DNA of 50,753 nt from a virus (taxonomy: Duplodnaviria > Caudoviricetes): positions 1-50,753 of the IMG/VR virus record IMGVR_UViG_3300049491_000401. One strand, given 5' to 3'. A program made the translations under genes and the position numbers. The notes beneath the pieces are model-generated. The model saw only the letters and a list, made by a program, of their open reading frames with translations. It had not been told where the DNA came from and ran no database searches. Positions 24,060 to 34,113 of this stretch are shown piece by piece (position 1 is the first letter of the stretch; each line of letters starts with the position of its first letter).

Positions 24060-26263
24060 TGCCAAAGAACGTTGTCCACAAGGCTTATACCACGATCGCA
24101 GCCTTCCTTGGGGCGACGAAGGCCGCAGGCGAAGTGTCCGTCATCCACAACACGGACATCGACAACCGATTCGACGTAGCGGTCCAGACGGACGCGAACG
24201 CCGTGCTCTATGAGAGCAAGATCAAGCCGGTGTCGACGGTTGCCCAATTGGCGGATCTCTCGACAACGCGCTATCCGGCAGCGTTCGTGATCGGCAGTGT
24301 GTCATCGCAGAATGGCCTTTGGCTATTCGATAGCTCGAATCGATCGGCTGCCGTCACGGCAGACCCGAGCTCGTTGAGTGTAGTCGCTCCATCGACGGAT
24401 ACGAGTGGTGCCAGCGGCGCTTGGGTTAATCAGGGCGCTGCACGCAAGGCCCGCGCGGACCTCGGCCTCGCACCGATTACCGGACTGCCTCGCACGGCCG
24501 CTGCTTTTCGCGCGGCGCATCAGCAAATCGGAACCAGCAATACAACCCAGATCCCGGCCGTCACGCACGGCGATAGCGTGAGCGGATCGATCTGGGCTTA
24601 CTTGGCGCCGGCGCTGCATCAGGCAATCGGTGGCAATCCGAATTATCCCGCCAACGACGACGTCGCCGACGTTGCGCATATTCTAATTGGCAATGCGGGG
24701 TTCACCTGCACGGCTACAGGCGCAGTGACGATCGACACGGCCGCATTCGACTATTGGGTTAACGGCACGGTGCTTCGCGCAACCGGCGGCGTGGTCAATT
24801 TCATGCAAGGGCCGTTCACGCCGACGTTCGGCAAGATGTATCTGTTCTGGTGCAAAGAGGCCGGTGCTGGATCGTTTGACCTCGTCGTTGGGGGCTCCAC
24901 GGTCGCCACGTACAACGCCGACAACGGCGGCGCTGCGGCTATCGGCTACCACCTGATCACGCAAACGACAGCACAGACGGCGGTCGCGGCCAACGTCACC
25001 GGCACCGTCCGTTTCCTGCTCGTCACTGGCTGCGACACGCGTGACCACGGTTTGTGGAACTACCCAAACGGGATCAGCGGCCAGGCGCTGAACGATCAGC
25101 TCGCCTACGCCAAGGCGCGCACACTGTACGCCGAATTCCTGGCGGTGTTCGACCCGCACATCTTCTCGTTCTGCATGAAAGAAAGCAGCTCTTGGCTGGC
25201 GACAGAACTCGTCAAACTCGGCGACATCCTGACCGCTGGTTGCCCGCTGGCAGACAAAATTTTCTGCGCGGCAAACCCTTATACCGATGAGCTGACGGCG
25301 GCCACCGAGGCCGACATGATCATCCAGAATGAGCAGATCAAGGCGTTCGTCCTGGCTCGTGACACGAGCTACAAATTTTTTGACTTGCATGCACCCTACG
25401 GCGATATCGCTCAAATCGACGCGCTCGATTTGATGCGCGAGCCGGACGACATCCACCCGACATCGCTTGGAGCGCAGCACGCGGCCGTTCTTGCCGCCGA
25501 CGCGCTGGCCATCGGCCGCCATCCACATCACTACAGCCCACAGCCGGTGAACGCTCAGCTACGGCCCTCCTATCTCGGGATGGGTTCGACACTGGGGCAA
25601 CGTGGGACTTTTTTCGGCGGCGTCGAAAAAATTATCCGGTTCCCCACGGCGAACGATGCCTTCGGCGTCGATTGGACCGGAACAATTCCGCGTAAAGTCG
25701 AATGGAAGGACCAGACCGGCGCGATCGTTTTTCGGATGTCCAACCTGTCCGGCGTGGCGGCCGGCTGGGAAAGTTTGCTGAAGGGAAACCTAGTCAGCCA
25801 CGCGGCCAACACCGGCACGATCGGCACGGCGGCCATCCCATACCAAACCGCGTATTTCCAGTCGGCGCCGACGATCACGTCAGACCGGCGCATGAAGCAG
25901 AATATCGCCGAGATCAGCGAGGCGGTCCTGCGCGCATGGAGCCGTATCAAGTGGCGCGAGTATCGTCTCAAATCCGAGGTTGCGGCCTCGGGAGACGCCG
26001 CTTTTATTCGCATGGGGTTGATCGCGCAGGAAATCCTCGAAGCGTTTGCGGCCGAGAACCTGGACGCCCTCGACTACGGCCTGCTCAACCATCACGTCGA
26101 CGACGGGTGTGATCTTGTGCCGGATACGGCCACGGGAGAATTGGTCAAGACGCCGGCGCGTGAGCCATCGGATTATTATTCCGTCGTCTACGACGAGTGT
26201 TTCGCGGTCGAAGCGGCATACCAGCGCCGGCGGCTGGACCGGATCGAGGCGAGGATGTCATGA
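24059..26263 (+). CDS. Tail spike/fibre with SGNH-like esterase and C-terminal S74 chaperone
   Basis: HGDSVS, DDIHPTSLG, TSDRRMKQNI...GLIAQE. Confidence 0.85.
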   Translation: MPKNVVHKAYTTIAAFLGATKAAGEVSVIHNTDIDNRFDVAVQTDANAVLYESKIKPVSTVAQLADLSTTRYPAAFVIGSVSSQNGLWLFDSSNRSAAVTADPSSLSVVAPSTDTSGASGAWVNQGAARKARADLGLAPITGLPRTAAAFRAAHQQIGTSNTTQIPAVTHGDSVSGSIWAYLAPALHQAIGGNPNYPANDDVADVAHILIGNAGFTCTATGAVTIDTAAFDYWVNGTVLRATGGVVNFMQGPFTPTFGKMYLFWCKEAGAGSFDLVVGGSTVATYNADNGGAAAIGYHLITQTTAQTAVAANVTGTVRFLLVTGCDTRDHGLWNYPNGISGQALNDQLAYAKARTLYAEFLAVFDPHIFSFCMKESSSWLATELVKLGDILTAGCPLADKIFCAANPYTDELTAATEADMIIQNEQIKAFVLARDTSYKFFDLHAPYGDIAQIDALDLMREPDDIHPTSLGAQHAAVLAADALAIGRHPHHYSPQPVNAQLRPSYLGMGSTLGQRGTFFGGVEKIIRFPTANDAFGVDWTGTIPRKVEWKDQTGAIVFRMSNLSGVAAGWESLLKGNLVSHAANTGTIGTAAIPYQTAYFQSAPTITSDRRMKQNIAEISEAVLRAWSRIKWREYRLKSEVAASGDAAFIRMGLIAQEILEAFAAENLDALDYGLLNHHVDDGCDLVPDTATGELVKTPAREPSDYYSVVYDECFAVEAAYQRRRLDRIEARMS

Positions 26264-26961
26264 GCAACAACTATGACGCTGCCACGAACCTCCGAGCCTA
26301 TTTTGAGTCGCGCACGAGCCGTGAAATCGCCCGGCATCACACCATGGAGGCCGAACTCCATGATTGGGCGGCTATGGGCGCCGTGGAGTTCTTCGAGGGG
26401 CCAGGCGATGACCCCACGGTTCTCTCGGACTATGCCACCAACAAGCTGTGGCTGCGCGTTTCCGCAGGCGTGACAGCCTCGCCGGGAACCATCCGCTATT
26501 ACAACGGCGGGACGGCATCACTCCTGGCCTCGTGGCCCGTTCTGAACCGTGGGGCGTTCGCCATTCAGATCGGCGCTCGTGGTGGTGATCTCGATTACCT
26601 CTGGTCTGCGGCGACATCTGGCGATCCTGGCTCCGGCAAGGCCCTTGCCAACCACGCGACTTTGACCAGCGCGACGGCCTTGCATATTTCCAAGACGGGG
26701 CGACTCGGCCAAGCCTATGCCTCGATTCTTTCGACGTGGTCGTCCGGCAGCCAAATGGCGCTTTACGAGCTCGGCAGTCAGACCTCCTTGTTGCACGCCA
26801 CCCTGTCGGGCGCTCTGTCGGATCAGACGGCGTATTTTGTCGCACCCATCACGGTCAACCACGGCACCGCTCTAACGCCAAACATGCTTATCGGCGTTGA
26901 TTACACCGTCCTCCAGTTCGGCGCGAATAATCCCCAATGGGGCGGCAACGCCTACACCTGA
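26260..26961 (+). CDS. Probable tail-associated protein
   Basis: ATGA-coupled to the spike gene; TSGDPGSG motif. Confidence 0.65.
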   Translation: MSNNYDAATNLRAYFESRTSREIARHHTMEAELHDWAAMGAVEFFEGPGDDPTVLSDYATNKLWLRVSAGVTASPGTIRYYNGGTASLLASWPVLNRGAFAIQIGARGGDLDYLWSAATSGDPGSGKALANHATLTSATALHISKTGRLGQAYASILSTWSSGSQMALYELGSQTSLLHATLSGALSDQTAYFVAPITVNHGTALTPNMLIGVDYTVLQFGANNPQWGGNAYT

Positions 26962-26967
26962 GGTTTC

Positions 26968-28260
26968 ATGGCAGCCACAACCAAGCTGATTCTGTTCAAC
27001 GCTGTCCTGCGCGAACTGGCCTCGCACCAGCTCGCGAACCTGACGACGGTCAACACGCGGTTGACCGAGCTGAACGGCGCCTATGATCACGCCGTCGAAT
27101 ACGTGCTCGGCAAGCAGGACTGGGGGTTTGCCCGGCGGCGCGCGACACTGACGGGCATCCCTGATTCGAGCTTTCCACCCTACGCTTATCGGTATTCCCG
27201 GCCCGGCGATTATTTACGCAAGTGCTGGATCAAGGTCGCGGCGGCGGACGACAGCCAGATTGACCATGCCGAGGCGGGCGCGACGATCTATGGATTTGAG
27301 ACGACGGCACTCGTCGAGTACATCTCTGATCACGCGGACACCTACGACCCCGCCAATTGGCCGCCGCACTTCACGAAAGCGCTCACGCTCTATCTGGCTC
27401 AACTCGTCGCGCCGAAGCTGGCGCGGGCTGGTGCTGGCGAGGTCGGCGGTCTCGGACAAAAGCTCGAGATGGCTTTGGCCGAGGCCGATGCCTTCGAGGC
27501 AGTCTTCCTCACCAACACACAGATCCCGGCCAACCGTCACCCAGTGTTCCGGCGCGCGATCGAGTTCATGGGGCAGGCACTCGGCGGCTCTGTACCGCTG
27601 CATGCCCATACCGACAAGCTGCGCTGGCAGATGAATCTCGGTTGGTCGCACGCGGTCAAATACGTCCTGGAAATGGGAGCCTGGAACTTCGCCAGCAAGC
27701 GCGCCTATCTCGCGGATGGGATGTCAGCAGATAGCCTGGTGCCCGCGACAGAGGGTGGCATCATCGAGGGCTATTCCCTGCCGCCGGCGGTTGATACGAC
27801 GCCAAGTCTCTCAGTCTCCGGCTACACCTACGGCTATCCGGTTCCCGAAGACTTTCTGCACAAAATCTGGCTCAAGCCAACAGCAACATCGGACCTAGAG
27901 GCGCGTCATCAATTTATCGGCAACACCCTGTTCGTCGATCAATCACCACTGCTGATGGAATACGTCGCCTACAACGATTTCACGACCGACCCGGCTAACT
28001 GGTCTGCTAATTTTTTGGAAGTGGTCGCCGCCTATCTGGCCTTCATGGTCGTTCCAGAGTTCGTGGTCGAGCAGGATGGCAAGGGCCGGGGACGCGTCAC
28101 GGCAACTCAGCTCAGCGAAAAGCTCAACGCCCTTTACCTGTCCAAGCTCTCAGACGCCAAGCTACGTGATGCCATCCAACAAGAAGCGATCACGTTGCCC
28201 ATGGGGCGATTCGTCTCTGCCCGGCGCGGCGGCAGTAACAGCCTGAGTCGCTATCGCTGA
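26968..28260 (+). CDS. Tail tubular protein A / adaptor, tandem two-domain form
   Basis: Two copies of VL...W.FA..R.L...Y.Y..P.D.L...EY...DPANW...F...A. Confidence 0.85.
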   Translation: MAATTKLILFNAVLRELASHQLANLTTVNTRLTELNGAYDHAVEYVLGKQDWGFARRRATLTGIPDSSFPPYAYRYSRPGDYLRKCWIKVAAADDSQIDHAEAGATIYGFETTALVEYISDHADTYDPANWPPHFTKALTLYLAQLVAPKLARAGAGEVGGLGQKLEMALAEADAFEAVFLTNTQIPANRHPVFRRAIEFMGQALGGSVPLHAHTDKLRWQMNLGWSHAVKYVLEMGAWNFASKRAYLADGMSADSLVPATEGGIIEGYSLPPAVDTTPSLSVSGYTYGYPVPEDFLHKIWLKPTATSDLEARHQFIGNTLFVDQSPLLMEYVAYNDFTTDPANWSANFLEVVAAYLAFMVVPEFVVEQDGKGRGRVTATQLSEKLNALYLSKLSDAKLRDAIQQEAITLPMGRFVSARRGGSNSLSRYR

Positions 28261-30959
28261 TGGCGCGGCATCATGAACTTCTCTATGCTCTGAACTCCGG
28301 CGGCGTCGACCCGGAAGCGCTCGCCCGCATCGATCTTGAGAAGATGCGCCTTGCGGGCGAGCATCCCGTGGCCAATTTGTTGACGCGTGTTCTGGGGCCG
28401 ATCTCATTGCGTCCAGGGCTGCAATCTATCCTTCGCATTCCCGGCGATCTGCCGACACGCTTGATGGCTTTCGAGCTCGGCCTGGGTGTCAGCAAGATCC
28501 TGTTGCAGTCTGCCGCCATCATGCGCGTTGTCGGTAATGACGCCATGGTTCAAGTGCCGACAGTAGCGACATTAATTGCGACTGGCTCTTGGACCAATGT
28601 CTCGACCTCACCAGCAACGGCGTCCGGTGGGGCCACTCTGACCTTCAACGCCACGAATACGGCCTCCGCGCGGCTGCGGCAAGCCGTGACGTTCGCGGCT
28701 CCCGATCAGATCGTGGAGAATATCTTGCGCGTCGTCGTTGACTCCGGGCCGGTCGTGTTCAGGACGGGAACGACAGCCGGTGGTGAGGAGTTAGTCACTG
28801 ATACAATCCTTTTCGAAGGCACTCACAAGATCGCTATCACGCCGAATGCGGGAACCGCCTATGTCGAGCTGCGCGCCGACGATCCCGTGACGCGCTCGGT
28901 CTCGCAGATCCAATTCGAGTCTACGTTGATCGGAGGCGCCGGCGACCTGACCCTGACGACGCCGTGGCCCGCCATCGCCGATGTGGACAAGGTGAGAGTG
29001 TGGCCGTCACTAGATGTGCTGTTCTGCGGCGATGGCGTGCGCCAACAACGCCGCATCGAGCACCGCGGGGACGCCTCGTGGTCGTTGACGAAACACCAGA
29101 GCGTCAAAGGCCCTTATGTACCGGGCAACAGCCGGGTGTCCCTGACTGCGGCGGCGACCTCGGGAAATACGACCGTGACGGCATCTGAGGCTCTGTTCAA
29201 GGCTGGCCACGTTGGCGCGCTGTTGGAACTCACGTCGTCGACGGGCAAGACGGTAAACCAGACGTTCACGGGGGTTGGCCAGACCTCGGATTATGTGACG
29301 ATCACCGGCATTGATGCTGGTCGCAATTTCTACATTACCGGTACGGGGACAGCCTTTGTGGGAACACTCGTCCTAGAGCGTTCCTTTGAGACGGGCGAAC
29401 CCACGGTGTGGTCAACCTATTCTTCCTATGTCGATGGCGCGGCGACGTTCGCGAGGACCACTGTCGCCGACGGGCAGAACAACTTGCGGGCCCACTACCG
29501 TTGGCGGATTGCGGCCTACACCTCTGGCTCCGTCATCACCAGACTCGAATACGAGTCTGGAGTTCAGATTGGGCGCGCGCGCATCACCGGCTACACAAGC
29601 CCAACCATCGTTTCGGTCGAAGTGCTTGTTGCCCTCGGCAACCTCAACGCCACCCGTGATTGGCGGCTAGGCGCCTGGTCGGACGTCCTCGGATGGCCGC
29701 GCGTACCTGTCATCCACGACGGGCGCATGTACTGGTTCCAAGAAGACGACGTCTTCGGCTCCGTGGTCGACGACTATTCGAATCACGACGACAACACCGA
29801 GGGGGATAGCGGCCCGATCTGGCGCTCGATCGGCGCTAAGTCCAAGGCAGGCGTTTTGTGGGCGCTCTCTCAGACGCGACTCTTCGCGGGGACGCAGTCA
29901 TTCGAGGCGACCTTGCAAGCCTCGGAACTGGATGAGCCGATGTCGCCTTCGCGCTATACGGTCCGCTATCCCCGCCGGCGCGGGTCTCTCGACCTCCCAG
30001 CGGTCGAGCATGACGACGGGTTTTTTTTCACTCAGAGGTCGGGCAAGCGCATCTATGAGATGTCGACGCCAGCCGGGGAGACCCGGCCAACGTCTTCGGA
30101 CATGACGCGGCTTCTGCCCAATGCGATCCGCGGCCATGTGGTCGATATGGCCGTCCAGCAGCAGCCCGACACGCGGCTTTATGCCGTGCTCGACGACGGA
30201 ACATGCTTGGTGCTGACCTACGACCGGGACGATAAGGTCCAGGCTTGGACAATGATCGACTTGGAGCGGCCGGGGCACACGATCGAGCGCGTGGTGGTCC
30301 TGCCGAATGTCAATCAGGACGATGTGTATTTTCTCGTACGCCGCAATTTCACCGAGCGGTATCTTGAGAAACTCGCCCCAGAGGCCGATCAAACATCGCC
30401 GGATACTTGCGCCCTGCTCGACGCGCACAAGGTTTTGATTGGCCCTGTCGATGAGATCACGGGTGGCGGCCATTTGGCAGGCCAGACCGTGCAAATCTGG
30501 GCGGACGGCCAGCGCCGGGCAGATGTGACGCTCGATGGGACCGGTTCTGGCGCGCTTGATGATACCTACAACCGCGTTGTCTATGGGCTCGGCTATAGCG
30601 GCATTTGGAAATCGGTCAAGCTGGCCTACGCGGCTCAACTCGGGACCGCCCTGGGGCAAGAAAAGATCGTGCATCAGGTCGGTGTGATCCTGCGGAATTC
30701 ATGCCTCGATGGCATCCGCATCGGCTCAGACTCGAATGCTGTGGAGCCGATGCCGGAAATCATTGACGGCGCGGTGCGAACGTCGAATCAGTTCTTTGAG
30801 GAATACGATCGAGGCACGTTCTCGATCCAATCGGATTGGACCGCCGACACGCGTTTGTATCTGTCTGTCGATAGCGCCGAAGGGCCCTTCACGCTCCAGG
30901 CAATTGTGATGGATATCGAGACACGCGATGGCGCTGGCGCTCCGGCAAGCAACGGCTGA
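28260..30959 (+). CDS. Tail tubular protein B (nozzle)
   Basis: 899 aa, N-terminal LNSGGVDP...RIDL, W.LGAWS...GWP, QQPDT, VQAW. Confidence 0.88.
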   Translation: MARHHELLYALNSGGVDPEALARIDLEKMRLAGEHPVANLLTRVLGPISLRPGLQSILRIPGDLPTRLMAFELGLGVSKILLQSAAIMRVVGNDAMVQVPTVATLIATGSWTNVSTSPATASGGATLTFNATNTASARLRQAVTFAAPDQIVENILRVVVDSGPVVFRTGTTAGGEELVTDTILFEGTHKIAITPNAGTAYVELRADDPVTRSVSQIQFESTLIGGAGDLTLTTPWPAIADVDKVRVWPSLDVLFCGDGVRQQRRIEHRGDASWSLTKHQSVKGPYVPGNSRVSLTAAATSGNTTVTASEALFKAGHVGALLELTSSTGKTVNQTFTGVGQTSDYVTITGIDAGRNFYITGTGTAFVGTLVLERSFETGEPTVWSTYSSYVDGAATFARTTVADGQNNLRAHYRWRIAAYTSGSVITRLEYESGVQIGRARITGYTSPTIVSVEVLVALGNLNATRDWRLGAWSDVLGWPRVPVIHDGRMYWFQEDDVFGSVVDDYSNHDDNTEGDSGPIWRSIGAKSKAGVLWALSQTRLFAGTQSFEATLQASELDEPMSPSRYTVRYPRRRGSLDLPAVEHDDGFFFTQRSGKRIYEMSTPAGETRPTSSDMTRLLPNAIRGHVVDMAVQQQPDTRLYAVLDDGTCLVLTYDRDDKVQAWTMIDLERPGHTIERVVVLPNVNQDDVYFLVRRNFTERYLEKLAPEADQTSPDTCALLDAHKVLIGPVDEITGGGHLAGQTVQIWADGQRRADVTLDGTGSGALDDTYNRVVYGLGYSGIWKSVKLAYAAQLGTALGQEKIVHQVGVILRNSCLDGIRIGSDSNAVEPMPEIIDGAVRTSNQFFEEYDRGTFSIQSDWTADTRLYLSVDSAEGPFTLQAIVMDIETRDGAGAPASNG

Positions 30960-31290
30960 TGACTGGTATGTATTCCTGGGAGTTCGGGAGCCGAAGGCGT
31001 GGGCTGGTCTTGTGGCGGTCGAGCGCGACGTTCTCGTGGGGTTTGGTGGGGTCTGCTTCGGGGTTGATGACCGATGGTGGGCGTATTTTCGCAAGCTTCC
31101 CGGCGTCCGGGCGACCGTCACGAGTCAGAAAGCCGCCCGTTTGATCTTGTCGACGGTGGCTGAAGCTGGACTGCCGATTCACGCACAGGCCGACCCTCGT
31201 ATTCCCGGAGCTGAAAATTGGCTCAGGCATCTCGGGTTCGTCGCGTCAGAAGAAATCCTCGAAGGGGAGCGGGTCTGGATCTATGGATGA
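30928..31290 (+). CDS. GNAT-fold virion-module protein
   Basis: Ends ENWLRHLGF; usual position after the nozzle. Confidence 0.7.
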   Translation: MALALRQATADDWYVFLGVREPKAWAGLVAVERDVLVGFGGVCFGVDDRWWAYFRKLPGVRATVTSQKAARLILSTVAEAGLPIHAQADPRIPGAENWLRHLGFVASEEILEGERVWIYG

Positions 31291-31299
31291 GGTGACCCG

Positions 31300-31830
31300 A
31301 TGATGGCCGCAGCAGTACTTTCGGCGGGGGCGACGATGATCGGCGCCGTGTCGCAGTCGAATGCTATGAAAGCGCAGGCAAGAACCGACCAGCAACGCGC
31401 TGAGATCGAGTCGCAATGGGCCGAGCGTCGAGCGTTGGAAGAGCGGGCGGCAGGCCAGCGCGCTGGCGGCGAAGAGATGCGCAAGGCACACTTGGCGCAG
31501 GGACGGCTGACGACCCTGGCAGCGGCCTCGGGCGGTACGGCTACAGACCCCGGCGTGCTCGATACGTTGGGTGATATCGAGCAAGAGGGCCAATACAACG
31601 CCCGCACGGCCGAGGCGGGCCATCAGCAGAAGGCGGCTGGCATTCAGTACCAGTCCAACCTCGACCGGTGGACGACAGACGCCAATGCCAGAATCAAGCA
31701 ATCAAGCGCTAGGTCCACTCTGATCGGAGGCATCATGGGAGCCGCAGGGCAGGTGGCCAGTGGCTACGCCAAGACCCCCATGGGGTCTCGCTATGGCACT
31801 GATCCTTCACCTTCCTATCGGTACGGGTGA
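31300..31830 (+). CDS. Internal virion (ejection) protein
   Basis: Hydrophobic N-terminus, Ala/Gln-rich, AAASGG motif. Confidence 0.75.
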   Translation: MMAAAVLSAGATMIGAVSQSNAMKAQARTDQQRAEIESQWAERRALEERAAGQRAGGEEMRKAHLAQGRLTTLAAASGGTATDPGVLDTLGDIEQEGQYNARTAEAGHQQKAAGIQYQSNLDRWTTDANARIKQSSARSTLIGGIMGAAGQVASGYAKTPMGSRYGTDPSPSYRYG

Positions 31831-32384
31831 TCATGGACCCCTTCTCCCAAATCGATGATGTCTCTGGCCTCTCACATCGTCTTGAGGGTCTGGTCCGGGA
31901 AATGTCTCTCAAGACCCGGCCGACCCTGGAGCATGTCTATGCGCTCTTGGCTTACGCCCAACAGCCCGGCGTGCGCGAGAAGTTTGATGCACGGTTCGGC
32001 TTGGGGTCGGCGGACGCGATCCTTGCCAAGGCGGCACAAGCGGACGCCGTGACCTCGCTCAAGCAAGCGGTGGATGTGCTCAACGCCCAGGTTGCCGAGC
32101 TGCCCGCTCTCTCGGGCCGCCTGGACGCCCTGGCAGAAGCGATTCAATCCGTTCGGGAGCCGGATCTATCCCCGCTGCTAGAACGCCTGGACGACGTATC
32201 CAGGGCTGTCCGGGAAGGGGCTGAGACGCCCGAGGCGGATGAGGGCGACGACGACAGCGCCACGGCTCAGGCGTTGGCCGGGCTCACGGCAGCGGTCAAC
32301 GAGATGGTCCGGCTGCAAAAGGCAAAGAAGACCGTCCTTCGTGACATGAACGACAACGTCATTGGATTGAAGATCGAGGATTGA
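31827..32384 (+). CDS. Helical hypothetical protein
   Basis: Coupled ORF; C-terminal KKTVLRDMNDNVIG. Confidence 0.7.
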   Translation: MIMDPFSQIDDVSGLSHRLEGLVREMSLKTRPTLEHVYALLAYAQQPGVREKFDARFGLGSADAILAKAAQADAVTSLKQAVDVLNAQVAELPALSGRLDALAEAIQSVREPDLSPLLERLDDVSRAVREGAETPEADEGDDDSATAQALAGLTAAVNEMVRLQKAKKTVLRDMNDNVIGLKIED

Positions 32385-32385
32385 T

Positions 32386-32763
32386 ATGGCCGTCAACTAC
32401 AGAACTTCACTCAAGACCACGCGCATGACATCCGTTCGCGACGACATCGACAGCGGCGCTGGTGCTGGAACATTGGAAGTCTGCACGGCGGCCTTCGCAT
32501 CGGTGCTGATCACGTTTACGCTGTCCGATCCAAGCGGGACAATTGCCTCTGATGTCCTGACGCTCTCAGGCATGCCAAAGGCCGCCAACGCCGCAGCAAC
32601 CGGCACCGCAGCCGTGGCGCGCATCAAGGAGAGCGGGGGAGCTGTCGTCGTGAACAACCTGACGGTGGGCACTTCTGGGACTGACATCATCATCAGCTCA
32701 ACGTCGATCACGTCTGGCAATCCATACAATCTGAATTCCGGCACCATCACACACGCGGCATAG
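32386..32763 (+). CDS. Small beta-rich structural protein
   Basis: Thr/Ser/Gly-rich; GTAAVARI...LTVGTSGTDI. Confidence 0.75.
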   Translation: MAVNYRTSLKTTRMTSVRDDIDSGAGAGTLEVCTAAFASVLITFTLSDPSGTIASDVLTLSGMPKAANAAATGTAAVARIKESGGAVVVNNLTVGTSGTDIIISSTSITSGNPYNLNSGTITHAA

Positions 32764-32777
32764 GGTATTTCCACTTC

Positions 32778-33575
32778 ATGGCTATTTCCACCTGGGACGG
32801 GTTCATTGCCTCCGCTAAACAGCCGATCAGCCTCACGAAGACGGCGTCACGCACGGCGGTGGCTGCTTCGTGGTTTTCCGTCTTCGACATCGCCGGCAAC
32901 CCAGGCGCTGGCGTACTCGCAGGAACGTCGACAACCACGGGCGTTGTGCCGACAGATGCCACTGCGGGATGCCCAACCATCAATGCATTCGGTGGTGGCG
33001 CAACGGGATACTTGGCGCAGGTGGAATTCGGTAGTTCGGTGGCGTGTCGCATAAAGATCTTCGATCTTCTTTGGAAGGGCGGCGCCTACGCCTTCAACGC
33101 CTCGACAACGGGCCAGACGCCCGCGAGTTTCTCTAGCCGGGTTCTGGGTGGTACAGATTTCTCAGACACCCAACTCTGGTACGAGCAGGTGACAGCCGGA
33201 ACGGGCGTTCAAAACGTCGCCGTGACCTATACCAATCAATCTGGGACAGCGGGCCGCACAACGGGCACGGTCGCCGCTCCAGCGGCCATGATCCTCGGAC
33301 GCATGATGCAGCTTCCATTGCAGTCGGGCGACACGGGATTGCAAGGAGTAACGGGCGTTGTCGGCACGGTCGCCACCGTAGGCACATTCAATATTCTCGT
33401 AATGCGCTCGCTTTGGTCTGGCCGCTGCAAAATCGCTAACGACGGAGATATTCACGATCTCGCAAAAACGGGCATGCCGGAGCTTTACGCCGACAGCGCG
33501 CTTGTACAAATCATCGCGCCAGACTCAACGGCAACTGGCGTCCCCGATATCGAGCTGGTGATTGCCAATGCGTAG
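32778..33575 (+). CDS. Beta-rich structural protein
   Basis: Thr/Gly-rich; VTYTNQSG, LPLQSGDTG. Confidence 0.75.
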   Translation: MAISTWDGFIASAKQPISLTKTASRTAVAASWFSVFDIAGNPGAGVLAGTSTTTGVVPTDATAGCPTINAFGGGATGYLAQVEFGSSVACRIKIFDLLWKGGAYAFNASTTGQTPASFSSRVLGGTDFSDTQLWYEQVTAGTGVQNVAVTYTNQSGTAGRTTGTVAAPAAMILGRMMQLPLQSGDTGLQGVTGVVGTVATVGTFNILVMRSLWSGRCKIANDGDIHDLAKTGMPELYADSALVQIIAPDSTATGVPDIELVIANA

Positions 33576-34113
33576 TCCGCTCATCTTGAAGCGTCCAGGT
33601 GCTGGACGCTTCGGCGGCTACACCTACCTTGCCAAATCGGGCGCCTCGCAGGCAATCGCCGACGATATCATTTTTGAAACTGTCAGCTCTGGCGTTGATC
33701 TATCACTGACCGCCTCCGAAGAAAGCGACACTCTCTCGGCGGCCATCCAAGAGGGTATGATACTTTCCGCGTCTGAGGGGGCGGACTCCGCTGCACTAAG
33801 TGTGCAAGAGGGGTTTCGTCTTGCTGCGAGTGAAGGCGCTGATACCGCCGCCCTCAGCGTTTCGGTTGTCGCCGTAGGTCTGGCACTTGCTGCGTCCGAG
33901 GCAGCAGACATTGCTTCTCTCACCTTGGGCGGCGGCGCCAATCTCACCTTGGTAGCAACCGAGGCGGCGGATGCTGTTTCCATTGTGCTCCAGGCTCCCG
34001 CGACGCTCGAGGAACCCAATGGCGCCTTCGTCAGTCATGATGCCTTCCTGCGCCGCCGCAAGAAACGCCGTAACGAGGACGCCATCGCCCTCCTGCTCAT
34101 GGATGCCGCCTAA
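33568..34113 (+). CDS. Repeat-containing protein
   Basis: Five L.ASE.AD-type repeats; RRRKKRRNEDAIALLL end. Confidence 0.7.
   Translation: MRSPLILKRPGAGRFGGYTYLAKSGASQAIADDIIFETVSSGVDLSLTASEESDTLSAAIQEGMILSASEGADSAALSVQEGFRLAASEGADTAALSVSVVAVGLALAASEAADIASLTLGGGANLTLVATEAADAVSIVLQAPATLEEPNGAFVSHDAFLRRRKKRRNEDAIALLLMDAA

Noticed and set aside
24059-26961. Diversity-generating retroelement, as in BPP-1
   Set aside because: No reverse transcriptase and no TR/VR repeat pair seen
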